From Candidatus Eiseniibacteriota bacterium (GTDB lineage Bacteria; Eisenbacteria; RBG-16-71-46), in assembly GCA_005893295.1 (NCBI GenBank), contig VBOY01000031.1, forward strand, positions 1,730 through 65,729: 64,000 nt of DNA, given 5' to 3'. This document shows, one piece after another, positions 11,221 to 21,169 of this stretch. Each line of letters begins with the position of its first letter. The first letter of the stretch is position 1. The notes below the pieces were generated by a model. That model saw nothing but the letters and a program-made list of their open reading frames with translations, was not told the DNA's origin and did no database searches. The position numbers and the translations under genes were made by a program.

Positions 11221-12045
11221 ATGCGCTCTTCGAGCGAGGTCAGGCGAGGGGTCGCCAGGGTGGCCGCTCTGGCAGCGGCGGGATGGCTGCTGGTGGCGAC
11301 GCTGCCGGCGCACGCCGCGTGGGGCCGCCGAGTCGGCGAGCCCTTCCATTGGAGCGGCAGCCCAGCTGCCGGCAAGATCCTCGAGGTGAAGGGGGTCAAC
11401 GGGCCGATTCGGGCCGTGGCCGCCTCGGGTAACGTGGCGAGCGTCGATGCCCGCAAGACCTCACGCCGCAACGATCCCGATGAGGTCAAGATCGAGGTCA
11501 TCGAGTCCGAGGACGGCATCATGATCTGCGCCCGGTACCCCAAGCTGTGGGGTGGGCTGACCGACTGCGAAGGCGGCGGCGGATCGATGCGCAACAGCGA
11601 CGTCAACGTCGACTTCGAGGTGCGCGTCCCTGCCGGCGTGCGATTCGTGGCGCGCTCTGTGAACGGCGAGATCGAGGCGGAAGGGCTGCGGAGCGAGGTC
11701 TCGGCGGCCACGGTGAACGGCTCGGTGCGGATCGCCACCAGCCGCCACGCGGAAGCCAAGACCGTCAACGGCTCGATCCACGCGCGTCTCGGAGCCGGCG
11801 ATTGGCGGCAAGACCTCGAGTTCGCGACCGTGAACGGGGCAATCGAGCTCGAGCTGCCGGCGGGGCTCGACGCGGACTTGAGTGCCGCAACCGTGAACGG
11901 CGAGATCGAGAGCGACTTCCCGCTCCAGGTGACCGGCCGCCTCGGCCGTCATCGCGTTCACGGCACGATCGGCAAGGGCGGACGCCAGCTTCGGCTCGCG
12001 ACCGTGAACGGCGGGATCCACCTGACTCGGCTCGGAAGCCTGTAA
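11221..12045 (+). CDS. Secreted DUF4097-family repeat protein (paralog of 9787..10929)
   Basis: MRSSSEVRRGVARVAALAAAGWLLVATLPAHA signal, then repeated ATVNGxI beta-strand units. ATG 11221; the upstream part of the ORF is junk. Confidence 0.7.
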   Translation: MRSSSEVRRGVARVAALAAAGWLLVATLPAHAAWGRRVGEPFHWSGSPAAGKILEVKGVNGPIRAVAASGNVASVDARKTSRRNDPDEVKIEVIESEDGIMICARYPKLWGGLTDCEGGGGSMRNSDVNVDFEVRVPAGVRFVARSVNGEIEAEGLRSEVSAATVNGSVRIATSRHAEAKTVNGSIHARLGAGDWRQDLEFATVNGAIELELPAGLDADLSAATVNGEIESDFPLQVTGRLGRHRVHGTIGKGGRQLRLATVNGGIHLTRLGSL

Positions 12046-12170
12046 AGGAGCTCGGGCGGAAAGCCCAGGGAGCGCGATCGCGCGCTCCCATCGATGGGCC
12101 CGGCCACCGGGACCCGCAACGCGGGTCCTGGCGCGTCGCGCCGCTCTCGGCTCTTCGTCCCAAAGCTGCC

Positions 12171-12948
12171 TCAGAACTCGATCGTCCCTTCCAGGTAGCG
12201 AACGGCTCGCCCCGCAATGCGCACGCGTTCACCGCGTAGCTCGCAGTGGAACTCGCCGCCGCGGCGCGAGAGCTGAAGCGCGAAGAGCTTCGTCTTGCCC
12301 AGGCGGTTCGCCCAATAGGGGATCAGGGTGCAGTGGGACGAGCCGGTGGCGGGATCCTCCGGGATGCCCACCCGCGGCGCGAAGAACCGCGAGACGAAGT
12401 CGCTCGAGCGCCCCGGGGCGCTCGCAATCACGCCGAAGGCGTCGAGCATGGCGAGCCCCGCCATGTCGGGAGCGAGCGCGCGCACCTCGTCTTCCGACTC
12501 GTACACCGCGAGCAGGTCGCGTGCGCCCAGCACGTCGCGCGGCGGCTGCCCGAGGGCTGCCGCGAGTCCCGGTGCCGCGATCGGGGCCGCGGGAAGGGCT
12601 GGAAAGTCCAGGGCCAGCAAGTCCGCCTCGCGCTCGACCCGCAGGAGACCACCCTTCGACTCGAACCTTACCGCGGTTCGTGCGGGCTCGAGCGTCTCGA
12701 ACACGACGTGCGCCGAGGCCAGCGTGGCGTGGCCACACAGGTCGATTTCCTGAACCGGCGTGAACCAGCGGATCTCGTAGTGCCCGCCCGCCCCGACGAA
12801 GAATGCGGTCTCGGCCAGGTTGTTCTCGGCCGCGATCGACTGCATCGTTGCTTCCGGGAGCCAGCTCTCGAGCGGGCAGACCGCGGCCGGGTTGCCCTGG
12901 AAGACGCGGGAGGCAAACGCGTCGATCTGGAACAGGGGGAGCTTCACC
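12171..12948 (-). CDS. PhzF family phenazine-biosynthesis-like isomerase
   Basis: MKLPLFQIDAFASRVFQGNPAAV... PhzF/YddE fold sequence. GTG start at 12946-12948; the rest of the 565-aa ORF upstream is not protein-like. Confidence 0.75.
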
Positions 12949-13049
12949 AGCGGCAGAATAGCGTCGCGCCGCTCGCGATGCCAAGGGAGGCTGGACTTTG
13001 CATAGCAAAGTACTTGCCAAGACCCCTCTCTTGTGCCAGGCTGAGCCCA

Positions 13050-13664
13050 ATGCGTTCCGTTCGACCCCTCGCTCACCGCACCGAAGAGCCTCTCGAGCTT
13101 CAGGCCAAGGCGCTCGATCAGCTCCGCTACATCCGCCGCACCATCGAAGACGCCGGATCCTTCACCTCGGTGCCGGGGTGGGGGCAAGTGGTGATCGGGC
13201 TCACGGCGCTCCTCGCGGCGTGGATCGCCGCGCGCCAGCGAACCGAAACCGCGAGGCTCGTAACATAGCTCGTCGAGTCGGCCCTGGCGCTCACGATTTC
13301 GGCGTGGTCCATGGCGCGCAAGGCCCGCGCCGCGGGGCTGCCGCTCTTCTCGGGTCCGGCGCGCAAGTTCGCCTTGAGCTTCAGCCTGCCGCTGGCCGCG
13401 GGGGCGGTTCTGACCTGGGTCTTCCAGAGCCGCGGCATCGTGGCGGTGCTCCCCGGCATGTGGCTGCTGATGTTCGGCACCGCAGTCGCCACCGGTGGAG
13501 CCTTCTCGGTCTCGATCGTGCCGGTGATGGGCTTCTGCTTCATGGTCTTGGGCGCGGCCGCGTTCCTCAGCCCCGCGGCCTGGGGCAACCTGTGGATGGC
13601 CCTCGGGTTTGGCCTCGTCATGATCGGCTTCGGCCTCTTGATCGCGCGGAGGCACGGTGGCTAG
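13050..13664 (+). pseudogene. Small multi-TM membrane protein interrupted by an in-frame TAG (13266-13268), or two adjacent small ORFs
   Basis: The 72-aa N-part (one TM, GQVVIGLTALLAAWIAA) and the 117-aa C-part (3 TM) share a frame and are separated only by TAG. The C-part 13311..13664 is an intact ORF on its own. Confidence 0.45.
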
Positions 13665-14040
13665 AGAGGCCGCACGCGTGGAGCACCGCGGCAGCGGCGG
13701 GGCGACGCGCAGGCTGCGTGGAGTGCGCGGGCGGGCGCCGGTGCCGGCGGGCGAGCTCGATCGGGTGATCCACGAACGGGTGAGGCTCGGCATCGTGAGC
13801 GCGCTCGCGGTGACCGAGACCATGAGCTTCAACGAGCTCAAGAAGCTCCTCAGGGCCACCGACGGCAACCTGAGCGTTCACGCCCGCAAGCTCGAGGAGG
13901 CCCAGTACGTCTCCTGCACCAAGCGCTTCGACGGCCGTGTGCCGCGCACCGAATACCGGCTCACCGCCCTCGGGCGCCGCTCGCTCGAGCGCTACCTAGA
14001 CCACATGGAAGCACTGATTCGCGCGACCCGGGCGCGGTAG
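13657..14040 (+). CDS. Winged-helix transcriptional regulator (HTH_34/PF13601-like)
   Basis: VIHERVRLGIVSALA...MSFNELKKLL...TDGNLSVHARKLEEAQYV is the HTH_34 signature. It overlaps the membrane-protein gene by 8 bp. Confidence 0.7.
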   Translation: MAREAARVEHRGSGGATRRLRGVRGRAPVPAGELDRVIHERVRLGIVSALAVTETMSFNELKKLLRATDGNLSVHARKLEEAQYVSCTKRFDGRVPRTEYRLTALGRRSLERYLDHMEALIRATRAR

Positions 14041-14059
14041 GGCCGCGGAGGAAGACTCG

Positions 14060-14785
14060 ATGCTCTCGCACCGCTCGCCGAGCCAGGCAGCGCTGCACGT
14101 CGCGCTGATCATGGACGGAAACGGACGCTGGGCCGAGTCACGGGATCTGCCGCGGGCGGCGGGCCACCAGGCGGGCGTCGAAGCGGTGCGCCGCGTCGTG
14201 CACGCCGCCGCCGGCCTCGGCATCGGCACGCTCTCGCTGTACGCGTTCTCGTCCGACAACTGGCGGAGGCCGGCGCGCGAGGTGCGCACCTTGATGGAGC
14301 TGTTGCGCGACTTCTTCGCGCACGAGCCGGACGAATGCGTGCCGCGCGGGGTGAGGCTCAGCGTCATCGGGCGGCGTGACCGCCTGCCGAAGTCACTCAC
14401 CGCGGCGATCGAATCGGCCGAGGCGGCGACCGCGCGCGCGGATCGGCTTCACGTGCGGATTGCGCTCGACTACTCGGCCCGCGATGCGATCGTGCGCGCG
14501 GCTCGCGCGAGCGGCGGCGCGGCGCGGCTGACGCGCAAGCAGTTCGGCCGCCTGGTGGCGGGAGAGGCCCGCGATCCCGCCGCAACCCGGGTGGATCTGC
14601 TGGTGCGCACCGGAGGCGAGCAGCGGTTGAGCGATTTTCTACTGTGGGAGAGCGCCTACGCCGAGCTGGTGTTCAGCCCGACCCTGTGGCCCGACTTCAC
14701 CTCCAAGGAGCTGCAAGCCGCGGTGCGCGAGTTCCGCCAGCGCCAGCGCCGCTTCGGCGGGCTTCCCAAGCGCGCCGCGAGCTGA
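14060..14785 (+). CDS. uppS: Isoprenyl transferase (undecaprenyl-diphosphate synthase)
   Basis: [27 protein letters not shown] and [13 protein letters not shown] motifs. GGAGGAAG RBS before ATG 14060. Confidence 0.9.
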   Translation: MLSHRSPSQAALHVALIMDGNGRWAESRDLPRAAGHQAGVEAVRRVVHAAAGLGIGTLSLYAFSSDNWRRPAREVRTLMELLRDFFAHEPDECVPRGVRLSVIGRRDRLPKSLTAAIESAEAATARADRLHVRIALDYSARDAIVRAARASGGAARLTRKQFGRLVAGEARDPAATRVDLLVRTGGEQRLSDFLLWESAYAELVFSPTLWPDFTSKELQAAVREFRQRQRRFGGLPKRAAS

Positions 14786-14883
14786 ACCCGCTCGCCCGAG
14801 CGTCCGCGGCGGCGCCCTCCCCGGGTGTGAAGCCGCCACCCGCTCTGCTATATCTTCCCCGCCCTTCACGTGAGGCGAGGCCC

Positions 14884-16491
14884 ATGGAGCTGATCGAGTC
14901 CCATCTCGACGTCCGCAGCGACGAGTTCAAGGCCAACGCCGCGCACCACCGTGCCCTGGCCGCCGAGCTCAAGCGTCATCTCGCGAGGATCAAGGCCGGT
15001 GGCGAGCCCGACCAGGTGAAGCGCCACAGGTCGCGCGGCAAGCTGTTCGTGCGCGACCGGATCGAGAAGCTGCTCGATCCTGCGACCGCCTTTCTCGAGC
15101 TCTCGCCGCTCGCCGCGCACGGCCTCTACGACGGCGAGGCGCCGTGCGCCGGCATCGTTACCGGGATCGGCGTGGTGCACGGGCGCCAGGTCATGGTGGT
15201 GGCGAACGACGCCACGGTGAAGGGCGGCACGTATTTTCCGCTGACGGTGAAGAAGCATGTGCGCGCACAAGAGGTGGCGCTCGAGAACCACCTGCCGTGC
15301 GTCTACCTGGTGGATTCGGGGGGAGCCTTCCTGCCGCTGCAGGCGGATGTGTTCCCAGACCGCGACCACTTCGGGCGGATCTTCTACAACCAGGCGCGCA
15401 TGTCGGCGCTCTCGATCCCCCAGCTCGCGGTGGTGATGGGCTCGTGCACCGCAGGCGGCGCGTACGTGCCGGCGATGAGCGACGAGGCGGTGATCGTGCG
15501 CAATCAGGGCACGATCTTCCTCGGCGGTCCGCCGCTGGTGCGGGCGGCGACCGGTGAGGAGGTTTCGGCCGAAGATCTGGGCGGCGCCGACGTCCACACC
15601 CGGATCTCGGGCGTGGCCGACCACCTGGCCGAAGACGACACGCATGCGCTCGAGATCGCCCGCGACATCGTGGCCCATTTGGGCCGCGCGAGCGGGGCGA
15701 CGCTCGACCTCGCGCCCGGCGAGCCGCCGCGCTACGACCCGGACGAGATCTACGGCCTGCTGCCACGCGACCTGCGCCAGCCCTACGACGTGCGCGAGCT
15801 GATCGCGCGCCTGGTCGACGGCTCGCGCTTCCACGAGTTCAAAGCGCGCTACGGTACTACGCTGGTCACCGGATTCGCGCACCTGCAAGGCATCCCGGTC
15901 GGTATCTTGGCCAATCAGGGAGTGCTGTTCAGCGAGAGCGCGCTCAAGGCCACGCACTTCATCGAGCTGGCCTCGCAACGTGGCGTGCCGCTGCTATTTC
16001 TCCAAAACATCAGCGGCTTCATCGTCGGCAAGCAATACGAGCACGGCGGGATCGCCAAGGACGGCGCCAAGATGGTGCACGCGGTGGCGAACGCCCAGGT
16101 GCCGCGGGTAACGGTGATCATCGGCGGTTCGTTCGGAGCAGGGAACTACGGCATGTGCGGGCGGGCGTACCAACCGCGCTTCCTGTTCCTGTGGCCCAAC
16201 AGCCGGATCAGCGTGATGGGGGGCGAGCAAGCCGCCTCGGTGCTGGCGCAGGTGAAGCAAACGCAGCGCGAAGCGGCCGGCCAATCGATGACGGAAGCCG
16301 AGGTGCGCGCGTTCAAGCAGCCGATCCTCGACCAGTACGAAGAGGAGGGGAGTCCTTACTACGCCACCGCGCGTCTGTGGGACGATGGCGTGCTGGATCC
16401 GGCCGAGACGCGCACGGCGTTGTCTCTCGCGCTCGCAGCGTCGCTCAATGCGCCGATCCCGGAGATGCGCTTCGGCGTGCTGCGGATGTAG
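14884..16491 (+). CDS. Acyl-CoA carboxylase carboxyltransferase subunit (methylcrotonyl-CoA carboxylase beta-like)
   Basis: [25 protein letters not shown]... with both carboxyltransferase halves, 535 aa. ATG 14884. Confidence 0.85.
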   Translation: MELIESHLDVRSDEFKANAAHHRALAAELKRHLARIKAGGEPDQVKRHRSRGKLFVRDRIEKLLDPATAFLELSPLAAHGLYDGEAPCAGIVTGIGVVHGRQVMVVANDATVKGGTYFPLTVKKHVRAQEVALENHLPCVYLVDSGGAFLPLQADVFPDRDHFGRIFYNQARMSALSIPQLAVVMGSCTAGGAYVPAMSDEAVIVRNQGTIFLGGPPLVRAATGEEVSAEDLGGADVHTRISGVADHLAEDDTHALEIARDIVAHLGRASGATLDLAPGEPPRYDPDEIYGLLPRDLRQPYDVRELIARLVDGSRFHEFKARYGTTLVTGFAHLQGIPVGILANQGVLFSESALKATHFIELASQRGVPLLFLQNISGFIVGKQYEHGGIAKDGAKMVHAVANAQVPRVTVIIGGSFGAGNYGMCGRAYQPRFLFLWPNSRISVMGGEQAASVLAQVKQTQREAAGQSMTEAEVRAFKQPILDQYEEEGSPYYATARLWDDGVLDPAETRTALSLALAASLNAPIPEMRFGVLRM

Positions 16492-16520
16492 TGGCCACGA
16501 GCCGTGGGCAAGGAGACGAC

Positions 16521-17261
16521 ATGAAGCAGATCCGAATCGGCCTGATCGGGGACCGCGACGATCGCGTCACCGCACATTGGGCGATCGCGCGGTCCCTCGA
16601 GCAGGCGGGCGAAACGCTCGCCTGCGACGTCCAGCCGGCGTGGCTCCCCACCGCGGAGCTGGCCCGCGACCTGGCGCCCGCCGCGTCGTGCGACGGCTTG
16701 TGGTGCGTGCCGGCGAGCCCCTATGCGGACGGCGCGGCGGCGATCGCGGCGATTCGCCTCGCGCGCGAGCGGCCGATCCCGTTCCTCGGGACCTGCGGCG
16801 GCTACCAGCACGCGCTGCTCGAATACGCGCGCAACGTGCTGGGCTTGGCCGAGGCGGCGCACGGCGAGGAAACGCCCGATGCGGCCCTGGTGCTGATCGG
16901 CCGGCTTTCCTGCGACCTGGTCGAGGTCACGGGTCCGATCCGGCTCAAGCCTGGGTCACGCCTGGCTTCCCTGTGCGGCAGGCTCGAGCTTGCCGAGGGG
17001 TATCACTGTCGCTTCGGCCTCGATCCGCGCCATCGCGCGCGATTCGAGGGCGGGCCGTTGCGCATCGTGGGCGAGGATCGCGCGGGCGAGGCGCGCGCGT
17101 TCGAGCTTTCGGATCATCCGTTCTTCCTCGGCACGGCGTTTCAACCCGAGCGCGCAATACTCGCGGGAAGGGTGCACCCGATCGTGCTCGGGTTCCTGCG
17201 TGCCGCGCGCGAGGCGCGGGCGCGCCCGCCCGCCGCCGGCGCCGCAGTGCGGCAATCCTGA
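16521..17261 (+). CDS. Stand-alone class-I glutamine amidotransferase resembling the CTP-synthase C-terminal GATase domain
   Basis: FLGTCGGYQHALLEYARNV is the catalytic Cys motif, and it aligns with the PyrG GATase region. AGGAG RBS before ATG 16521. Confidence 0.6.
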   Translation: MKQIRIGLIGDRDDRVTAHWAIARSLEQAGETLACDVQPAWLPTAELARDLAPAASCDGLWCVPASPYADGAAAIAAIRLARERPIPFLGTCGGYQHALLEYARNVLGLAEAAHGEETPDAALVLIGRLSCDLVEVTGPIRLKPGSRLASLCGRLELAEGYHCRFGLDPRHRARFEGGPLRIVGEDRAGEARAFELSDHPFFLGTAFQPERAILAGRVHPIVLGFLRAAREARARPPAAGAAVRQS

Positions 17262-17277
17262 GAACCAGGAGGGGACG

Positions 17278-18063
17278 ATGTCCGCGATCGAGGTCCAGCG
17301 CGACGCCGCGGTGGCACGGGTGTGGCTCAGCCGACCCGAGCAACACAACGCACTCGCGCCCGAGATGGCGAGCGAGCTGACCACCCTCCTGCACGAGCTG
17401 GCGCACGACGCCACGGTGCGGGTGGTCGTGCTGGGCGGGCGTGGCCCGTCGTTCTGCGCCGGGGCGGACATCGCGGCGCTCAAGGCTTCGGGGACCCTCT
17501 CGCTCGAGCAAAACCTGGCCGAGGCCCAGCGTTTGGGCCGCATGTTCGCCGCACTCGCCGACTTTCCCAAGCCGGTGGTCGGCCGCATCCATGGCAACGT
17601 GTTCGGCGGCGGCGTGGGCCTGGTGTGCGCAACCGACATACCGGTCGCCGCCGACGACAGCCGCTTCGGGCTCACCGAGGTGCGGCTCGGCATCCTGCCG
17701 GCGCTGATCAGCGCGTACGTGATCCGCCGCCTCGGCGACCGCAGCGCGCGCGAGCTGATGCTCACCGGCGAGCGGATCGACGCGGCGACGGCGTTGAGGC
17801 TCCACCTGGTGCAGCACGTGTGCCCGTTCCCCGAGCTGGACGCCCGGGTCGACGAGCGGGTGCACGCCCTGCTCTGCGGCGCACCCGCCGCCCAGGGGCG
17901 CATCAAGACTCTGCTCGAGCTCTATGCCGACTCGACCTGGGAGGAATACCGCGCGGCGCTGCCGCGGGTGCTGGCCGAGGTGCGCTCGGGGGCCGAGGCG
18001 CAAGAGGGGCTGGCCGCGTTCTTCGAGAAGCGCAAGCCCAGCTGGCAGCGGGAGTCGCGGTGA
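17278..18063 (+). CDS. Enoyl-CoA hydratase/isomerase (methylglutaconyl-CoA hydratase-like)
   Basis: Crotonase fold (CAGADI, FGGGVGL). GGAGGGG RBS before ATG 17278. Confidence 0.85.
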   Translation: MSAIEVQRDAAVARVWLSRPEQHNALAPEMASELTTLLHELAHDATVRVVVLGGRGPSFCAGADIAALKASGTLSLEQNLAEAQRLGRMFAALADFPKPVVGRIHGNVFGGGVGLVCATDIPVAADDSRFGLTEVRLGILPALISAYVIRRLGDRSARELMLTGERIDAATALRLHLVQHVCPFPELDARVDERVHALLCGAPAAQGRIKTLLELYADSTWEEYRAALPRVLAEVRSGAEAQEGLAAFFEKRKPSWQRESR

Positions 18064-18135
18064 CGCGCGCCGCCGCGCACGCCAGGGCCGCGCGGTCAGT
18101 CACGAAGCTCGCCGCGCTGGCCCGAGCCTGACTCG

Positions 18136-19641
18136 ATGTTCCGCACCGTCCTGATCGCCAACCGCGGCGAGATCGCTTGCCGCATCGCCGCTACCTTGCG
18201 CACCATGGGGGTGCGCTCGGTCGCCGTGTGCTCCGAGGCCGATCGCGGCGCGCGCCACACCCGTGTGGCGGACGACGTGCGGGTGCTGGGCCCGGCCGAG
18301 CCGCGCGCCTCGTATCTCGACGTCGAGGCACTGCTCGAGGCGGCGCGCTCGAGCGGTGCCCAAGCGGTCCATCCCGGCTACGGATTCCTGGCCGAGAACG
18401 CCGACTTCGCGGCGGCGGTCGAGGCGGCCGGCCTCACCTTCATCGGGCCCGCCCCCGAGCACATTCGCGCCGCCGGTGACAAGCGCGCCGCGCGCGCGGT
18501 CGCCGAGCGCGTCTCGGTGCCGGTCGTGCCGGGTGCGGGCGGGGCCGATGTCGCGGCTCTCGCCACGGCGGCGCGAGCGATCCAGTACCCGGTGATGGTG
18601 AAGGCCGCCCTGGGTGGGGGCGGCAAGGGAATGCGCATCGTCACCGGCGAGGCCGAGCTCGCCGAGGCGGTCGAGAGCACGCGCCGCCTCGCGCTCGCGG
18701 GCTTCGGCGACGATGCCGTGTACCTGGAGAAGCACGTGGAGAAGCCCAGGCACGTGGAGGTCCAGGTGCTCGGCGATGGGCGTGGCGAGGCGATCCACCT
18801 GTTCGAGCGCGACTGCTCGCTCCAGCGGCGGCACCAGAAGGTGATCGAGGAGTGCCCCGCGCCCGCGGTCGACGACGAGCTGCGCGGGCGCTTGGTGACC
18901 GCCGCGGTGGCGTTCGCGCGCGCGCTGAAGTATCGCGGCGCCGGAACGGTGGAGTTCCTGCTCGGCAAGGGTGGGGCGTTCTGGTTCTTGGAGATGAACA
19001 CGCGGCTTCAGGTCGAGCACCCGGTGACCGAGATGGTGACCGGTCTCGACCTGGTTCGGCTCCAGCTCGAGCAGGCGGTGGAGGGCGCCCTTCCGCTCGC
19101 GCAGTCGGAGGTGGTGCGCCGCGGGCACGCAATCGAAGCGCGCATCTATGCCGAGGACGCCGCGCGCAACTTCCTGCCGCAGGCCGGCATCGCCGCGCGC
19201 GTGCGCTGGCCCCAGGGTCCCTTCGTGCGCGTGGACGCCGGCGTCGAGTCCGGGGACCAGGTGCCGGTCCACTATGATCCGATTCTCGCGAAGGTGGTGG
19301 CCGCGGGCATGACCCGTGAGGCGGCGCTCGCGCGCTTGGCGTGGGCGCTCGACGAATCGCTGGTCCATGGCGTGGTGACCAACCTGCCGTTCCTGAGAGC
19401 GGTGGTGCGCGCGCATTCCATGACGCGGGCCGAAGTGGACACCGAATGGGTCGAGCGCGAATTCTTGGCCGGCTTCGCGGCCGTGGCGGGTGCCCCGGCT
19501 CCCGAGCTGGCGCTGGCGGCGGCCGCTCTGTTCGAGGCCGCCGGGAATTCCCAGGCCTCTCGTGGTGCGGGCGACGACTCTCGCCCCGCGCGCGCGGACG
19601 CGTTCCAGGCCGCTGGGCGCTGGCGGCTGCCGGGGCTCTGA
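18136..19641 (+). CDS. Biotin carboxylase subunit of acyl-CoA (methylcrotonyl-CoA) carboxylase, ending before the BCCP domain
   Basis: MFRTVLIANRGEIACRIA..., ATP-grasp and GGGGKGMRIV. It stops at 19641 where fused MccA proteins would continue. Confidence 0.8.
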   Translation: MFRTVLIANRGEIACRIAATLRTMGVRSVAVCSEADRGARHTRVADDVRVLGPAEPRASYLDVEALLEAARSSGAQAVHPGYGFLAENADFAAAVEAAGLTFIGPAPEHIRAAGDKRAARAVAERVSVPVVPGAGGADVAALATAARAIQYPVMVKAALGGGGKGMRIVTGEAELAEAVESTRRLALAGFGDDAVYLEKHVEKPRHVEVQVLGDGRGEAIHLFERDCSLQRRHQKVIEECPAPAVDDELRGRLVTAAVAFARALKYRGAGTVEFLLGKGGAFWFLEMNTRLQVEHPVTEMVTGLDLVRLQLEQAVEGALPLAQSEVVRRGHAIEARIYAEDAARNFLPQAGIAARVRWPQGPFVRVDAGVESGDQVPVHYDPILAKVVAAGMTREAALARLAWALDESLVHGVVTNLPFLRAVVRAHSMTRAEVDTEWVEREFLAGFAAVAGAPAPELALAAAALFEAAGNSQASRGAGDDSRPARADAFQAAGRWRLPGL

Positions 19642-19645
19642 GTCG

Positions 19646-20074
19646 ATGCGCAGCCACTGGCGTGACGGCGATCGCACCCGCTCGGTCGAGGTGACGAGGC
19701 TCGAGACGGGCCATTATCGAGTACGCGTGGACGGCGCGGAGCTGGAGATCGCGGTCGAGCCGCTGGGCGAGGGAAGAGCGCGACTCGCCGTGGGAGGCGA
19801 GCACACGGTGGTCGAAGTGACGGTGGTCGACCAACGGCGGTTCGTGCGGCTCGGCGCCATGGATTTCGTGTTCGAGCGTAGGGCGCGCAGTCGCGGACCA
19901 TCGGCCGGGGCTCCTGGGCTCGAGGCGCCGATGCCGGGCGTCGTGACGCGGGTGTTGGTGGCGGTCGGCGATGCGGTGCGCCGCGGGCAGCCGCTGCTCG
20001 CCGTCGAGGCAATGAAGATGGAGCACGTGATCCGTGCTCCCCACGACGGACGCGAGCTGGCGGAGCCGCCGTAG
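19646..20074 (+). CDS. Biotin carboxyl carrier (biotinyl/lipoyl) domain protein, apparently C-terminally truncated
   Basis: EAMKMEHVIRAPHDG biotinylation motif. It sits in a different frame from the biotin carboxylase, and the end (RELAEPP*) falls shortly after the biotinylation motif, which may be incomplete. Confidence 0.55.
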   Translation: MRSHWRDGDRTRSVEVTRLETGHYRVRVDGAELEIAVEPLGEGRARLAVGGEHTVVEVTVVDQRRFVRLGAMDFVFERRARSRGPSAGAPGLEAPMPGVVTRVLVAVGDAVRRGQPLLAVEAMKMEHVIRAPHDGRELAEPP

Positions 20075-20115
20075 CGGGCGCGATGGGTGCACCCACGATG
20101 GGCGGAGGCACACGC

Positions 20116-21084
20116 ATGAAGGCGATCCGCATCCACCAGCACGGCGGTCCGGAGGTGTTGCGCTACGAAGACGTGGCGGATGCCCCCGCTCCCCCCGGGC
20201 AGGTGCGCGTGCGCGTCGCGGCAGCGGGCGTGAACTTCATCGACACCTATCAGCGCAGCGGGCTCTATACGCTGCCGCTCCCCGCGATTCTCGGCCAGGA
20301 AGGAGCCGGGACCATCGAGGAGGCCGGGCCGGGCGTGACCGAGTTCGCGCGCGGCGAGCGCGTCGTGTGGGCGGGGCCTCAGGGAGCCTACGCCGAGATT
20401 GCCACCGTGCCGGCCGATCGCGCGGTGAGGGTGCCGGATGGCGTGGACGATCGCCTGGCCGCCGCCCTCATGCTCCAGGGCATCACCGCCCACTACCTGG
20501 CGACGTCGACGTTTCCGCTCCACGCGGGCCACGTATGCTTGGTGCACGCCGCGGCAGGCGGAGTGGGACTGCTGCTGTGTCAGATCGCGAAGCGCCGAGG
20601 TGCCCGGGTGATCGGAACCTGCTCGACGCCCGACAAGGCCAAGCTCGCCCGCGGAGCCGGCGCGGACCACGTGATCCTCTATGGTCAAGAGGACTTCGAG
20701 TCGGAGGCGCGGCGTCTCACCGATGGCGTGGGTGTGGACGTGGTCTACGATTCGGTGGGCCGCGCCACGTTCGAGAAGAGCCTCGGATCACTCGCCCGCC
20801 GCGGGACGCTGGTCCTGTTCGGCGCGTCGAGCGGACCCGTCCCACCGTTCGATCCGCAAGTGCTCAGTTCCCGAGGATCGCTCTATCTCACCCGCCCGAA
20901 CCTCGGCAACTACACGGCGACTCGCGAGGAGCTGCTCGATCGAGCGGGCGAGGTGCTGAAGTGGGTGGAGGATGGAAGCCTCTCGGTCCGCGTCTGGGCC
21001 GAGCTCCCGCTTGAGCGCGCCGCGGACGCGCACCGGGACTTGGAAGGGCGGCGCACCACGGGGAAGGTGCTGTTGATACCGTAG
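20116..21084 (+). CDS. qor: NADPH:quinone oxidoreductase (zeta-crystallin/Qor family MDR)
   Basis: MKAIRIHQHGGPEVLRYEDV... and the AAGGVGL Rossmann motif. Confidence 0.85.
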   Translation: MKAIRIHQHGGPEVLRYEDVADAPAPPGQVRVRVAAAGVNFIDTYQRSGLYTLPLPAILGQEGAGTIEEAGPGVTEFARGERVVWAGPQGAYAEIATVPADRAVRVPDGVDDRLAAALMLQGITAHYLATSTFPLHAGHVCLVHAAAGGVGLLLCQIAKRRGARVIGTCSTPDKAKLARGAGADHVILYGQEDFESEARRLTDGVGVDVVYDSVGRATFEKSLGSLARRGTLVLFGASSGPVPPFDPQVLSSRGSLYLTRPNLGNYTATREELLDRAGEVLKWVEDGSLSVRVWAELPLERAADAHRDLEGRRTTGKVLLIP

Positions 21085-21169
21085 GGCGAGCGCGACCTGA
21101 CGGAGCGATCGAGCCTCGCTTCGCCGGCTCCCGCTTGCGGCCACACACACGCTGCGGTTCCATGTCGCC

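Noticed and set aside
12246-13268. 340-aa plus-strand ORF overlapping the PhzF gene
   Set aside because: The first about 265 codons are antisense to PhzF and not protein-like. Only the last 72 codons (from ATG 13050) look like a real membrane-protein N-terminus.
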